Source of the DNA: Mobula hypostoma
Lineage: Eukaryota
Direction of reading: 5' to 3'
Assembly: GCF_963921235.1 (NCBI RefSeq)
Contig: NC_086109.1
Location: 35,776,001 to 35,840,000 of the forward strand
DNA: 64,000 bases
Shown here: positions 1 to 14,277 of the stretch, piece after piece
Layout of the letters: every line of letters starts with the position of its first letter
Numbering within the stretch: position 1 is the stretch's first letter
Notes under the pieces: model-generated
Database searches by the model: none
Seen by the model: the letters and a program-made list of their open reading frames with translations, nothing else
What the model was told of the DNA's origin: nothing
Position numbers and translations under genes: made by a program

Positions 1-840
1 TTCCTTTCCTTGGCAACTATACATCCTTAACAAAGACTGAAAACTAACAGCGGCATTTGTGTAAATACAAAGTATTTAATTCCAAACAGTGTTAAGTTTG
101 AATTTGGAAGTAAAACCACTTTAGCATCACACTTTGGTATTATGACAAGTAGTTATTTCTTGAGCAGAAATTTTACTTGAAAGCGCATTGTTTAAATCAT
201 CTAGGTATTAAAAGCTGTGTGTGCTAGGCTGATCAATCTTGTGTGAGGATACAAGAAACCATTTCTGCACAACATGCAGTTTATGTTAATCTTTGGACTG
301 CAAAGGCATGTTAACTGCCAGGTCATGCAAGAATCAAAAATTTTACAACATAATCTCTCACCATGACAAGAGCTTAAATCAGTGGTTAAAGCACGAATAT
401 CATTCGGGAATAGATTTTTCCAGATATACAGAGTGGGTGATTGGTGTAGACACCACTCATCTCCGGCTGCCAATGAAAGTGGTCTCTCAGAGAAAGGACG
501 TGTGCAAAGTGGGAAGTATTGCAATCAGGTGCCCTTCATTCTCTCTCCACCTCCCCCCACCCCCACAACACTGAAGAGCAAGAAGAATGACTTAACTGTA
601 AGATGGAAATCATCAGGAACATTATAAAGGTTCCATTACTGATGTTAGGTGGCTCCGGTGCTGTTGAATCTTCTAACTAATGATGGAGCAGCCCTTCTCC
701 CTCCAATAAAGGTCGGCCCTATGTTTAAAGTCTGATGTTACTGCAGCATGCTCAGTCTATATGCATAAAGTCTTAGGGGTGGAGGGCAATGATGTAATTT
801 ACCAAAAATCACTATGTACACAGTTTTTCCATATTCTATT

Positions 841-1224
841 TGTCATATTCTGGTCTGTGAAGTCCGTGTTCCGGTTCATGGTGCGGTCCATGATTCCTTG
901 TTCTGGGGTTTCTGGTTTTCCTCAGTTTCTGTTGTGGGCACATGTTTCTCGTTTTGGAGCTGAGACATAAATACCTCTGCAAACCAGGGATTCCCTGCTG
1001 GACTGTCCTGTTCCCCTCCCTGTCTTTTCCCCCCTCACCTGACTCTCTGCCTGGATACCTCGCCTGAATCCTTGTCCAGTCTCTGGCTCGGGGTCCAAGC
1101 TCTAGTTTGCGTTCTTGTCCCTGCTCCTTGTCTGTATCCTGTCATGTCCCTACTCTAGTCAAGTCCTTGTACTTCAGTGTCTGTGTCTTGCATTTGGGTC
1201 CATTCCCAACACCCCATTGTGACA
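841..1224. mobile_element. Solo LTR (384 bp), same family as the element at 63400-64000
   Basis: Begins TGTCA and ends TGACA; 5-bp direct repeat CTATT on both sides (836-840, 1225-1229). The last ~150 bp match the reverse complement of segments in 63401-63730. Confidence 0.8.
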
Positions 1225-1307
1225 CTATTAGATAATTCCAGCTAATTGTAGCACTTTAAATAATTGTCATGGTCACATACTATATTAAAAACTGGTATTT
1301 CTGCTTT

Positions 1308-1720
1308 TAGAACATAGGACATTACAGAACAGTTCACATCCTTCTGCCCAGGATGTTACTCTGACCCTTTAATCTACTCTGCGACTAATCTAGTCCTTCC
1401 CTTCTACATAACCTCTATTTTTCTATCATCCATGTGCCTAGCTAAGATTTCTTTAAATGTCCCATTTGTCTATTTGTCTCTACCATCACTCCTGGCTCTG
1501 TATTCCACACACTCACCACTCTTAAGTAAAAATACTGAGCTCTAACATCCTCACCTACACTTTCCTCCACTCACGTTAAAATGATTTCCCCTTGTATTCC
1601 CCAGTTCCAGCAATCCACTTGATCTATGGCTCTTATCGTTTATAAATCTCTGTCAAGTCACCTGTCATCCTCCTTCACTCTAAAGGGTAACATCTTAGCT
1701 CGTTCAACCCATTCTCATAA
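1308..1720 (-). mobile_element. CR1 LINE 3' fragment (decayed)
   Basis: TAGAACATAGGACATTACAG tail-like start, followed by sequence resembling the CR1 3' ends at 15215 and 17143. Confidence 0.65.
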
Positions 1721-2133
1721 AATTAACTATTGAAACAGCTTAGCATGTGTTACAATGTTGAACATAACGTTCAGATGACATTGATTCAGGTTGGACACAA
1801 GACAAAAAGAACAAATAAATATTTGCTCCTTTTTCTCGAATTATGTTCACCACACTAGGTAACATAAATTATCAGAATAGTAAGCTGGCATTGGCTTCCT
1901 CTGCATCTTCAAGAACTACAAGTTAGAACTTAGTGAAGATAGCATAGGAGCCATTGTATTTTCATAACAAGATAACTGATATTAGAAATCCAGAGGGGGG
2001 ATAATTCCAGTTTCTAATTTTTATCAACTGTTCACACTCATTGTCTGTTAAATTAATGATGTTAAACATATTTTAAGATTATTACTTCTTTAAATAGTTT
2101 CCCACCAGAGTTAACTTTATTTTTTTCTTTCAG

Positions 2134-3069
2134 ATTCGTACAATGAAATGGCCGTCGGGATCCCGACAAATCCCAGCGTCCATTTGTAGCCTCCCGTGCA
2201 AACCAGGCGAGAGAAAGAAAATTGTTAAGGGTATTCCCTGCTGTTGGCACTGTGAACTGTGCGATGGGTACCAATACCAGGTGGATAAGTACAACTGCAA
2301 AGTCTGCCACTTTGACATGCGACCCAATGAGAACCACACAGGATGTCGCGCAATTCCCATAGTTAAACTGGAATGGTATTCCCCTTGGGCAATTGCACCT
2401 GTATTTTTTGCTATTATTGGAATCATTGCTACATTGTTTGTTGTCATTACCTTCATACGTTATAACGACACACCGATAGTGAAGGCATCTGGTCGAGAAT
2501 TAAGTTATGTGCTTCTCACAGGAATTTTCCTCTGTTACGCCATTACCTTCCTAATGATAGCAGAGCCGGATGTAACCGTCTGTTCCTTGCGACGCATCTT
2601 CCTTGGGTTAGGAATGAGTATTAGCTACGCAGCTCTGCTCACGAAGACCAACAGGATATATCGGATATTCGAGCAAGGCAAGAAATCAGTCACTGCTCCC
2701 AGGTTTATTAGTCCAGCCTCACAACTTATGATCACTTTCAGTTTTATCTCAGTGCAACTGTTGGGAGTCTGTATCTGGTTTATTGCTGACCCTCCCCACT
2801 CCTACATCGACTACGACGACCAAAAGACTGCCAATCCCCAGTTTGCTCGTGGAATTCTCAAATGTGATATTTCTGATCTGTCTCTCATCTGTTTACTTGG
2901 ATATAGCATGCTCCTCATGGTCACATGCACCGTGTATGCCATCAAAACCAGAGGGGTTCCAGAGACCTTCAATGAGGCCAAACCTATCGGATTTACCATG
3001 TACACCACCTGCATTGTCTGGTTAGCCTTCATTCCAATATTTTTTGGGACTGCTCAGTCTGCAGAAAAG
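2134..3069 (+). CDS. GRM4: Metabotropic glutamate receptor 4 (group III mGluR), internal coding exon: cysteine-rich domain to about TM6
   Basis: Polypyrimidine tract + CAG acceptor (2131-2133) and AAG|GTAAGT donor (3070); 936 nt, phase 0-0. Translation contains [53 protein letters not shown] and [61 protein letters not shown] and MIAEPD favour GRM4 over GRM6/7/8 (recalled sequences). Confidence 0.88.
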
Positions 3070-6000
3070 GTAAGTACCAACATTTATCCCAAAATTACAC
3101 TGTGTCTGAAAAATACACTTTGCGATTAGTGAAAGGTGACATTGTTTAAATTAATGGTGATGTTATGATTCTGAAAGAATGGGAGGCAACAGATAGGCTA
3201 GTTGAGCCTTTCATGGGTTTAGTGATAATGAAAAGATTGGGAGTCAGATTTCTCAGATTTGCACTGTACCCAGAGAATTTAAGTTGTTTCCAGACCAAGA
3301 ACCATCTCACTTGTTGTCTTTATACACTTACAGCATGATAAAAGTTATGCTCCATCACATCCTGTTTAGTAGTGTTGTATAACCTGCGTGATTGTGAGCA
3401 CTGAGACATTTCCGTTCTGGAAACTACACACCAGCAATAATGTAGCCTGCCTCTATCACCAAATCGGAGGGGAATGGCAGTGTAACACAAAGTACTGTAG
3501 CAATAGATGGAGTCTCCAAAATGGAGACTTCAAGTTGCTCCATCTTTGCATGCCATACAGTGTGACACGCAAGTAGAAACACATTTCCAGCTAGGCCTTA
3601 TGTCCTGCCTACATTGGTATGTGATTACAGCAGCATTTGAACCCAGTTTAGCCCCTGTGTGGAGAGCTAATTAAACTCCATGTGCTTCAAAATTCCATGG
3701 CAAAACCAAACCACCATCCAATTTAACGAAATGTCAAAACATTTAGGTAAATTCATTCTGATTGCTTCCAATTTTGCTTCGTTACGTAAAAGATTTTTGT
3801 TGTTGAAAATCAACAATGGCAAATGCCCATTTTCTTCTTCCATTGGTTTTCAACCACAACAGTTCTTTTTAAAATGATGTTCATAAGTCACTATGCTAAG
3901 GACATGACGATTCATTGATAAATCTTTCTCAATTTATTAGTCTGTTTTCCTCTTCTCATTATCCATAGGTAGACCTTGTATTCATGAGAAGGCAAAAAGC
4001 AACTGTTTTACTATTTGCACTGCATGTTCGTTTGTTTAATTCCTTTCTGGACTTACTGAAATCAAAAAGGTTCATCATTGCAAATAAGATTGGTAGGCAA
4101 AAGCTAACAAGTGTTCAGTGTAACAATAGAATCTCATCTTCCAGCTTTCTAGAAAGTGTTGTCCAATTATAAGAGATCAGAAAGATTTCTCTATCAGCCA
4201 GTACAGTAGAGGGTGGTTTGGTACTCCAGATTTGAATGCAATTTTATTTTAGAAGCATTGCTGCATACATATTCACTAGTATTTAACTAAAGTGAATTTC
4301 TAGGCAGCTGTGATTTTAAAGTTTAGCTGAATGAGGATCAATTCAGTTTGATTTTAATGGAAGAGCCAGTCAAAATCATACCAACATTATCCAGCAAACT
4401 CAGTCCTGCCCTTTCTCAGAATAAGATGTAAAAACAAGGCATTGGAAGTAATTTTCCTGATTTATATTTTGACTGTAGTCACAATTTTCACTACAAAATT
4501 GTAACAGAGATGATAGTTTCAATTCAGATTGTCAGAAAATGAGGTGTAGAGTATGAGGAATTCCTAATGAGGGTTGTTGGCTGGAATAAAGCTTTTCATC
4601 TCAAATTGGCATGGGAAACTTACTCCACTATATTTGATCAATGTGGTGATTAAGAATGATCTTGGTTTGAATCTCCTCAACATCTGAGCGCTATTACTCA
4701 CTTTAATTAATTACTGTTAACATTCATTCAAACAACTTGATCGAAGCTTTAGGGGTTAACACAAATATGACTTGACATCTGTTATCTGTTAAGTATAGCT
4801 TCATTGGGCAAGGCATATCTATCCTTATGCTGGTTATTTTGTAAAACCTCATTGCCTTGAAAGTTCTCAGAATATGTGATTGTCTAACTCAATTTCAGTG
4901 AAAACTGCATCCATGTTTAAAAACGTATGACTTTACGCAAGGTATATGTTTGGAATTACATTTATACATTCTTACATTCAGCAAAGACCAGATTTGCACA
5001 ACAATGTACACTGTATTCCTGGGAACCAATTCCATTTCCTTAGTTTCCTATTTTTGTGCTTTATGATTTGTATAAAAGTTGACAAGGATGATTTAAAGTA
5101 TGTCTACTGTGGGAAACTGACCAGGCAGATGCCTTTTAATGTCTACCTCTCGGAAGTCCAACCTCAGCTATAAGAATATCATCTTCATGTTCATATTGGT
5201 CTGACATGAGCCATTGGATAATTTACCTTTAATGACACCAATCAAGCATCAGCTTTATATTTTCAATGTGTTTTTGTGTAATTGAAGATGATGTATACTG
5301 AGTGAGTAATGAGAAATCATTGGCAAAAGCATTTTAACAAAGGGTTAATATGGATTTGTTAAAGTAAATTAATGTCAATTTAAGCTTGAGGTTTTCCTTT
5401 GTTCAGGAATTCAGGGATATAAAAATATTTGACATTAATATATCTGAAGAATCTCTAACAATTTCAATGCAATGCATTTACTTATGTCTGTACACATTTA
5501 AACAATTCAGTTTGCTTAATTGAACCATTTGTAACTTCTATGTCTATCCTCAGAAGTATTTGTCTACTATTTCAGAGTATGTGCTCTTTGTGATGAGTTT
5601 GTCAGACTATGGGAAGATGAATGAATTTACTGTGGTGTTGTTTAGCCAATGCCTTTAGTCACCCTTATCTCTCCACAAATGAATTACAGTTTGAAGCTGG
5701 AGTATGAGTGGAAATTGGAATCGGGCACCATTCAATGAATTATTAAGCTCTTTCATTTTGTGAAGTTCTGAACACCATACTTTAATTGTCTTCATACATT
5801 GAAATGCTTATTATGACAAAGCAGGATGTCATTTAGTAAATCAAGTGCATGAGAGCTACCCTATCTATCCCATTTCTGTTAGTGCTCATTAGTAGATCTG
5901 CAATTTATCCCCTGTTGGATGCCCACCAACTTCTCCTTTGTTTTTTATTTTTGCCTCTTACCGCATTTAGGATGAATTTACAGTCACTAATGTGATGAGA

Positions 6001-6789
6001 CTGGATCGATTGTGGTGACAAGCATGGTCACCAGGAGAATCAGCAAATTCCACACTGACTGCCCTTCAGGTCATGATTGAATCTCGATCTCTGGAACTGT
6101 AAATACCAAGCTGGTTTTGCACATTGACAAAACTGCCATTGACCAACAGGACTAAATGTTTTCATGCCGATCAATCACAGGTTCTGCTTGCATTCCCATG
6201 CACATACTGATACCCACAAATCTCCACAGCTTTCTTCCTGTTCTGCACTACTATACTTCTTTTCAGGACCACCAAAGCTTTGGTACACGTGTTTCAAGCT
6301 TCCAAATTTATATGTTTCCAAAGAGAGCTATAAAAGTTGAGTAGTTCCATTTCATTCAAAATATTGCAGCCCTGACCCAACCAATCTATGTTCATCACGT
6401 TTTCCACCCAACTAGTCCCAACTTCCTCTATTCGTACCACATCCCACCAAGTCCCATCCGTCTATGTCCTTATTCAAGTGCATGCTTCTTAAGTAATACT
6501 ATTGTACTTCACTCAGTCACTTCCTCTGGCGGCTCATTGCTTATACTCTCCATCCTCAAGAAATCCCTCCTCCAGAGTCAGCAAACTCTCCGCATACGGA
6601 AATGGCTATTTATGTCCTAGTGATCTGAGCTCAATATTTGCATCTTCAATTTCAAACCATATGCCACTCCAGAAAATGTCAATTGACAGGCCTGATGTGT
6701 ATACGTTGCTCTTCTAATGCAACTTCACCTCTATTTTGCTGTCCAGGACTCCTTCTTGGTCTCTGGTGCTCTCTGTGTTGAACTTTCAT

Positions 6790-7045
6790 GTTCTCGCTGT
6801 GACTGCATGGACTCCCCTGGGTAGTTTGATTTCTTCTCAAATCTCAAAGACCCGGGTTGGGAAGTTAATTGGCCTAATGTATAGTGAGTGTTAGATTTCC
6901 AGCTGTGGGTAGGAGTTGGAGTGGGGAGAAATTGATGGAAATGTGTGGAGAGTAAAATGGCTTAGAGTAGGATTAGAGTAAAGGAGTAGCTGAGAGTCCA
7001 CATTGAGCCATGAGGGTCAAAGGACCTGTTTCCATGATGTATTTC
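6790..7045 (+). mobile_element. Decayed SINE (HE1/V-SINE-like body with CR1-type tail)
   Basis: GTGACTGCATGG...TTTCTTCTCAAATCTCAAAGAC...GTTAATTGGCC core; tail GGGTCAAAGGACCTGTTTCCATGATGT resembles the CR1 3' end. Confidence 0.5.
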
Positions 7046-9569
7046 TTTCTATGGCTGACTCTGTTATGTAACAATGAGAAAAACACAAAGTGATTGAATT
7101 TCTAAGCAATGGTTAATGACTATTTCTTTTAGCTTTTAATAGACAGCAATCTTATTAGTGCATTAGCATCAGAGACATAAGTGATGCATCCCCAATAAGG
7201 TCAATTACAATCACCTCAAGTAGCTAATCTGCCACTTGACTCTCAAAGTTCTGTCACATGCAGGGCAACAGGCATAATCATCCCAGAAGAGTTCTAAACC
7301 TTAATATCTATACATGATTTCTTTAAACAAGAAAGTAGTAACTTGGGTGAGCATTGCATATAGACTAATGGTAAGACAGAGGAAAAACATGTAAACATAT
7401 TATAATTTTATAAAAGCAAAACAAAACACTCAGCATGTTGCTAAGCATCAAAGAGAAATGTAATTAATGTTCCAGGTCAAGGACCTTTTATTATTACCGT
7501 GTATAAGTGTTGTGAATTAATGAAGGATCAGCACCTAACAGCACTCGTTTTATTTGTGTAATGATTGCTAAGGATGTTTGGCAGCGGAGGATTTTTGTGC
7601 AACATACAGCTCTTTGTATAGTTCACTGCCACCTTCAATTAGAACAATCACATCAGGCTGGATCACACATGTACGGTATATCAAACTCAGAGACACTTGT
7701 GGCACTGAGAGAGTTTATGTTACACGATCTAACCAGTAAATGGTGACAAGTGTAATAAGCAATATCAGTTTCAAAATGTTCTAACAAAATTAACTTGGTT
7801 TTACTGGAAATAATATTTAAGCATATCAAAAAATAATACCATGGTTGACAGTAATGCATTATTAATAATCTAATGTCAGTGTCTTTTCTGTATATATAGA
7901 TGAACTGGAGTTTTCTGTACCTACTCAAAGTACCTAGGTAGATAATTGTCAAGTGTCAAGAATGGCTCAGCAGCCTATGTCACTATTTTTCTTAAACAGG
8001 AAATTCAGTGGAACTCTTACAAATTCATGAGTAGGTTTAATACAGTGGATGAGTCCACACTTAAGACAGCCAATAAATATCCAAATGAAAATCTTATTGA
8101 AATTTCTTCATATTGTACTTGGTAAAATGTGGAATTAAAAAAAAAGAAAATACTAGAAATACACATTTAGTCAAGAAGCATCTGTGGAGAGGGAAACCAA
8201 ATTATTTTCTCAGCTTGATGATCTTTTGTCAGAACAAGGAAAAGGTAAAAATCAAAAACTGTTTTAAGCAGTGAAGAAGGGGTAGTCAAGATGCCCACAA
8301 TTGACTGGGAACACCAGTCAAAAATAATATTAATAGAGGTGTCATTTAGCTCATTATGATTTGGGTCTGAGATGCCATAGGGCCATTCCAAAGAGATGAA
8401 GATTTTTTTTCTCAAATCCATGCTTTCTACCACCATCCTTCACCTACCTACTTACACTTATCTGTATGGCAGCCTTTATGCTTCTGTAGCATATAAGCCA
8501 CCAATAGTGTACCTTTATAAAGCTGATTGACTTCCCACAATGCTCTAAACTATCCTTTTGTATGAGTACAAGAGAAAAACCAGCAAAGGTTCATACAGCC
8601 CAAGCAGAGTCCATGGAAATGGAATGCAACTTTGGGAAAGAGCTGAAAATGTTGGTAACTGTCACTGGGACATTATTGTCTATAAGCCATTCTACCATCA
8701 TTCCAAAATCAGACAGTAATTGCATCATGGTGTGCATTCATCCAAACATTGCAAAGTGAGAACCCTCCTGGGATTTATTGCTTAGAATGTCCCTGAGGAT
8801 AGATAGCCTCATAAATGTAGACATCACTTTGGATTGTTCCTCAAACTCATAAAGGCTATCATAGGAGGCAGAACTCATAAATCTTTGTGATGCTTCTATA
8901 ATAAACACTCTATGACTAGCCTCTATTATATATATGGTCACTTTAAACTGCTTGGCTGTTCCTTTGTTGTACGCTGGCACCTTTTTATTTAAAGGTTATC
9001 TGTGTTTGTCACGGATGATTCATTTTGGTTCTTGTTTTCATGAGAAAAAGAATATTATGAGAGAGTAGAGACCACACTGAAAGAAAATGGTCTGGATAAT
9101 TTGTGCCGTCACCGCTTCATCCAATCTGTAGACATTGATTAATAGAGCAGTGAGTTCAGATAAACTATTACTTTGTTGCAATTAATTTCATAAAGAGCAT
9201 TTTATTAGTTAACAGTTTTTATTTTTACAATTGGTCAGACATAGTTCAGCTGGTGGGCTGCTTTTCAGAAAGTTGTGCATTTGACTCTCACTGCATTGAA
9301 TCCAAAATGGAGGCTGTCATATCAAAACTAAGAGTTTTGCAGGTTTGAAGGTGCTATCGTCTCAATGCAAAGTTAATCCAGCCTCTGAGATGGATGTAGA
9401 ACAAGCTTCTCTTTGGTGTATTGACCTGGTTATTTTCACAATTCTGTTCTGGGTGTTTGTTGTCTTTTTCATTACAACAATGACTGGCTTTGAATTACTG
9501 ACGTCGGAGAAAGTGCTATCCAAAAAAAAAAGAATCACTTATTATACACAAAAGAAGTCCGGCAGATAT

Positions 9570-10150
9570 TGAAATCAGCACATTCACAAAGCTGCAGGAA
9601 TTCAGCAGGTCAGGCAGCATCGGTGGAAATGAATAAACTGTTAATGGATTTGGCTGAGACCCTTCTTCAGGACTGGAAAGGAAGAGAGAAGAGAACAAAA
9701 TAATAGGGTGTGGAGAGGAGCAGGAAGGTAGCTAGAAAGTGATAAGTAAAGCTAGGTGGGTGGGAAAGGTGAAGGGCTGGAGAAGAACGAATCTGATAAG
9801 AGAGGAAAGTGGGCCATGGGAGGAAGGCACACAGGGAGAGGTGATAGGCAGGTGAGAAGAAGTGAGAGAGCAGAGTGGAGAATAGGAGAAGAGGGAAGGG
9901 GGGAGGGAAAATATTTCTTTTCCAGAAGGAGAAGTTGATATTCATGCCACCAGGTTGGAGGCTGCCCAGACAGAATATAAGGCATTGCTGCTGCACCCTG
10001 AGGGTGGCCTCCTTGTGGCACAAGAGGAGGCCATGGACCAACATGTCAGAAGAGATGTCAAGCACCTCTGTTCCATCCGCCAAAAGCGGAAATTCCCAAT
10101 GGCCACACATTTCAATTCTCATTCCGACATATCAGTCCATGGCCTCCATG
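9570..10150 (-). mobile_element. Penelope-like element remnant with short inverted segment
   Basis: Terminal repeat with degenerate hammerhead (~9640-9676), purine-rich tract and ..LGSLQPGGMNINFS C-terminus on -; switches to + at ~10055 (HLCSIRQKRKFPMATHFNS). Confidence 0.75.
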
Positions 10151-10169
10151 GTTTGTTTTATTTTTGCTT

Positions 10170-10432
10170 TTTGAACCATTCTTTGTAAACTCCAAAGACT
10201 GTTGTGCTGAAAATCCCAGGAGATCAACAGTTTCTGGGATACTCAAACCACTCCGTCTAGCACCAAAACTCATTCCACAGTCAATGTCACCTAGATCACA
10301 TATCCTCCTCATTCTCATGTTTGGTATGAACAACCTGAACTTCTTGACAATGCCTGTATGTTTTTACGCACTGAGTTGCTGCTGCCTGATTGGCTGATGA
10401 GTGAGCAGGTGTACAGGAAGCCCCTGAGTGTA
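10170..10432 (-). mobile_element. Tc1-like transposon fragment (transposase N-terminal HTH)
   Basis: ORF 10112-10333(-) DLGDIDCGMSFGARRSGLSIPETVDLLGFS resembles a Tc1 N-terminus; ends ...TGAGTG-TA. Confidence 0.65.
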
Positions 10433-11599
10433 TAGTGACATAATTTTTCAAAGTAGTCTAAAAAATGGCATAAGACAAACATGCAATTAATCCCTAATGA
10501 GCTAATTACATTGATTTTTGTTATTTGGTATCAATGTGCTGAGATTTATTTCAAATGCCAAACCAATCATAATTATTCTATATGCTACTGCAGTTCTGTA
10601 CAAACTTTAATAAATGAAGCTTGCAAACAAGTGCATTTAAAATAAAGTAATGCCATGGGTGAAGGTTACCTCCATCAGCAACATTATGATTTCTATATGT
10701 AAATTGTCTAGTAATCTCTCCTCCCAAAAGGTTTGTGATTAGGAACAGAATGGGTACCTTGCACTATGTTCTTTTTTTTATTTCCTCAGATGTTATGAAA
10801 ACATGTTACCTTTGTAGTTCTGTTTGTTTAACAACAGGAATCAGGCACTACTTAAAGGTAAATCAAGTGCAACTTTACACTTTTGTTCCAAGAACCTATT
10901 AGCACTTCAATCAATTGATCTTAGCTAAATATACAACAGGAAATATCATGGTAGTGTGCAAAAATGAGGCATTTTAATAGAATTAAAATTCTCTTGTGCA
11001 CCACTGGTTATGTCATTGGAAACATTCAATCTTTATTTATGAGATTCCCAGAACATTGTTGTTGGCTTCCCCTGTGTAAAATCTCTCTTTTGTCAACTTT
11101 ATTCTCACTCAGAGCAGCATCTGCCAAGCTTCCATGTGCAACACAATTCTGGGTCAATTTCATTCCCAAGCTCACTTGGGTTTCCTTGTATGACAGCACA
11201 CTATCATTTTCAGCTCATATTATGTTATTAATGTCTTATAAGATCTTCAGTTACAGGCACTTCGCCTAGCAGCCAACCCTTATGGGAGCATAACAAGATT
11301 TTGGTAGACTCCTTGAGTCATCTGGGAGTACCATTGAACAAACATCACATGATCAAAGAGCAGAGAAAGAAAGTTAGTGCTCCAAGGGAGAATTCAGAGA
11401 GCTCTTGAGAGGCTAGAGAGGAAGAGGCCTTTGCACAAGGTTGCTAGGGAGGTCTCCTAGCCAGTTGAATACACAAGTACCGCTAATGAATGCTTGCATT
11501 TTTAGAAAGCCATAGTTCTAGAAAACCTTCATGCCTACTCTGCCTACTACGATCATCTCTCATTCACCTGGTATTTATATGGTGCTGGTTTGGAGAATG

Positions 11600-12100
11600 G
11601 TGAGATGCAAAGGGCTTCAATGCTATTATACGCCAGTCATTGAAAACAAACATGCATATGCAACAAGCATTTAAGAAGGCAAATATATGCAGGTCTTCAC
11701 TGCAAGACGATTGGAGTACAGGAGCAAAGATGCCTGGCTACAATTATGCAAGATGTTCGTGAGACTGTAATTTAAATATTGTGCACAGCTTTGGTCCCTT
11801 TTCTCAAAGGAGATACCACCAGAACAGGCAGTGCAGTGAGCATTCAGTAGATAGCATCCTGACATTTCTGAACTGTCACATAATGAAAGATTAGGCTGAA
11901 TAAATCTGTAGTCACTGGAATTTAACAGAATGAGAGGGGATTTCTTTGAAACATACAACATTCTGACAGGGTAGACACATTGGATATAAAGAGGATGTTT
12001 CTGTTGTTGTGGGGAGGAAACATGTCAAGAACTGGATGTCAACTTCTCAATAAATATTTAGAATTGACAAGAAAAGATTTCTCTTTGCTCACAGGTTGAC
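11600..12100 (+). mobile_element. CR1 LINE ORF2 3' fragment
   Basis: Decayed EY.SKD..LQL.K.LVR..L.YC.Q.WSP-type coding sequence, homologous to 59960-60070 and 60740-61000. Confidence 0.65.
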
Positions 12101-12992
12101 TGTTAGTCAGTTTATATCTAACTTCTTCCATGGATATAGAGGAGTCAGTGAGCGAATAGCACGTTAAACAAACAGTAGCTTGATTTGTAACATTTTAAAT
12201 ACTATGCTGTGTTTTCACATGTTGCTGATGAAAAATTAAACAGTAGATCTGTTCAATTACTGAAATACAATCTATCTTCTTGAATTTGAATTTAATTATC
12301 TGAACTCAAAGATTTTTTTAAAATTTTACCCTTTGATTGTGAAAGCAATTTTTAAACCAAGAGATAAATTTGGAGATAGAGATTTATTGACTTTCTCTAC
12401 ATAAGGAATGACAAGATTTATTTCACCTGACTGAAATGCAGATAGACATTTCTTCAGCAACACACAAAAATGTTGGAGGAACTCAGCAAGTCAGGAAGCT
12501 TAAAGCTAAAGCCCTAGCTAACATCAGTCATTATCTTCAACATTCCATCTTTAGGTCTGTGCCATTCCACTGAAACTATGCTTCATTTTGACCATAATCT
12601 TGGCCTCGTAGTTCTCCACTCTGGAAATCTGAGGCTAAACTGAGCTGGGTGCATTCACTTACACCAAGAGATTTATTCCATATCTTATCAAAGGACCAAA
12701 ATGGAAAAAAAATGTTGAAAATTTAGTCTTTGAGCTATGGTGCAGATATTTCTTAGACATGCTTAATTCAATAGCATATAGTGACACTTATAGCTCTGTG
12801 GAATTTTTAACCCAATTACATTTTCTATTGCTACACATGTTTACATATTATAAAAGTTAACACATGCTTGGTGTACTTATAGGCTCAAGCCTTTTTACTG
12901 CGAATACCATCCCTTTATATAGGAAATTCGAGCAACACACACAAAATGTTGGTGGAGCATTGCAGGCCAGACAGCATCTTCACGACAAGGCA

Positions 12993-13030
12993 CAGTTGAC
13001 GTTTCGAGCCGAGACCCTTCGTCAGGATTA
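12993..13030 (-). ncRNA. Minimal type I hammerhead ribozyme motif, degenerate helix I
   Basis: Minus strand reads UAAUC CUGACGA AGGGUCUCGGCUC GAAAC GUC AACUG; core intact, helix I mismatched. Confidence 0.55.
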
Positions 13031-13597
13031 ACTGAAAGAAGAGATAGTAAGAGATTTGAAAGTGGGAGGGGGAGGGGAAGATCCGAAATGATAGGAGAAG
13101 ACAGGAGGGGGAGGGATAGAGCTAAGAGCTAGAAAGTTGATTGGCAAAAGGGATACAAGGCTGGAGAAGGGAGAGGATCATGGGACGGGAAGCCTAGTGA
13201 GAAAGAAAAGGGGAGGGGAGCACCAGAGGAAGATGGAGAGCAGGCAAGGAGTTATTGTGAGAGGGACAGAGAGAGAAAAATGAGAGGAAAAAAGGAAAAA
13301 ATAAAAAGTAATAAATGAATAAGGGATAGGGTAAGAAGGGGAGGAGGGGCATTAACGGAAGTTAAAGAAGTTGATGTTCATGCCATCAGGTTGGAGGCTA
13401 CCCAGACGGAATATGAGGTGTTGTTCCTCCAACCTGAGTGTGGCTTCATCTTGACAGTAGAGGAGGCCATGGATAGACATAACAGAATGGGAATAGGACG
13501 TGGAATTAAAATGTGTGGCCACTGGGAGATCCTGCTTTCTCTGCCGGACAGAGCGTAGGTGTTCAGCGAAATGGTCTCCCAGTCTGCGTCAGGTCTC

Positions 13598-14277
13598 AAA
13601 TGCATCTCTCCCATTTCACGCACATCTGCTCTCACCCCATGCTCCCGCCACCCCACTAGGGATAAGGTTCCCCTTGTCCTCACCTACCACCCCACCAGCC
13701 TCCGGGTCCAACATATAATTCTCCGTAACTTCCGCCACCTCCAACGGGATCCCACCACTAAGCACATCTTTCCCTTTCCCCCCACCCCCCCTTTCTGCTT
13801 TCCACAGGGATCGCTCCTTACGCGACTCCCTTGTCCATTTGTTCCACCGAACTCCCTCCCGGCACTTATCCTTGTAAGCGGAACAAGTGCTACACATGCC
13901 CTTACACTTCCTCCCTCACCACCATTCAAGGCCCCAGACAGTCCTTCCAGGTGAGGCGACACTTCCCCTGTGAGTCAGCTGGTGTGATATACTGCATCCA
14001 GTGCTCCCAGTGTGGCGTTCTGTATATTGGTGAGACCCGGCACAGACTGGGAGACCATTTCGATGAACACCTATGCTCTGTCCGCCAGAGAAAGCAGGAT
14101 CTCCCAGTGGCCACACATTTTAATTCTACGTCCCATTCCTTTTCTGATATGTCTATCCATGGCCTCCTCTACTGTCAAGATGAAGCCACACTCAGGTTGG
14201 AGGAACAACACCTTATATTCTGTATGGGTAGCCTCCAACCTGATGGCATGAACATTGACTTCTCTAACTTCTGTTAA
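13598..14277 (+). pseudogene. Penelope ORF C-terminus: linker + GIY-YIG endonuclease (frameshifted)
   Basis: VPLVLTYHP..., PCKRNKCYTC and GVIYCIQCSQCGVLYIGET...EH...VATHFN motifs across ORFs 13559-13954 and 13831-14277. Confidence 0.88.

Noticed and set aside
2143..3129. 328-aa ORF as a complete single-exon gene
   Set aside because: Canonical splice sites at 2133/2134 and 3069/3070. The Met is internal and the last 19 residues (VSTNIY...) are intron read-through.
3380..3680. Possible ancient SINE or conserved non-coding element (similar impressions at 420-720, 9240-9400, 34310-34560, 42300-42470)
   Set aside because: Too decayed to assign by eye; needs Dfam nhmmer or a cross-species alignment.
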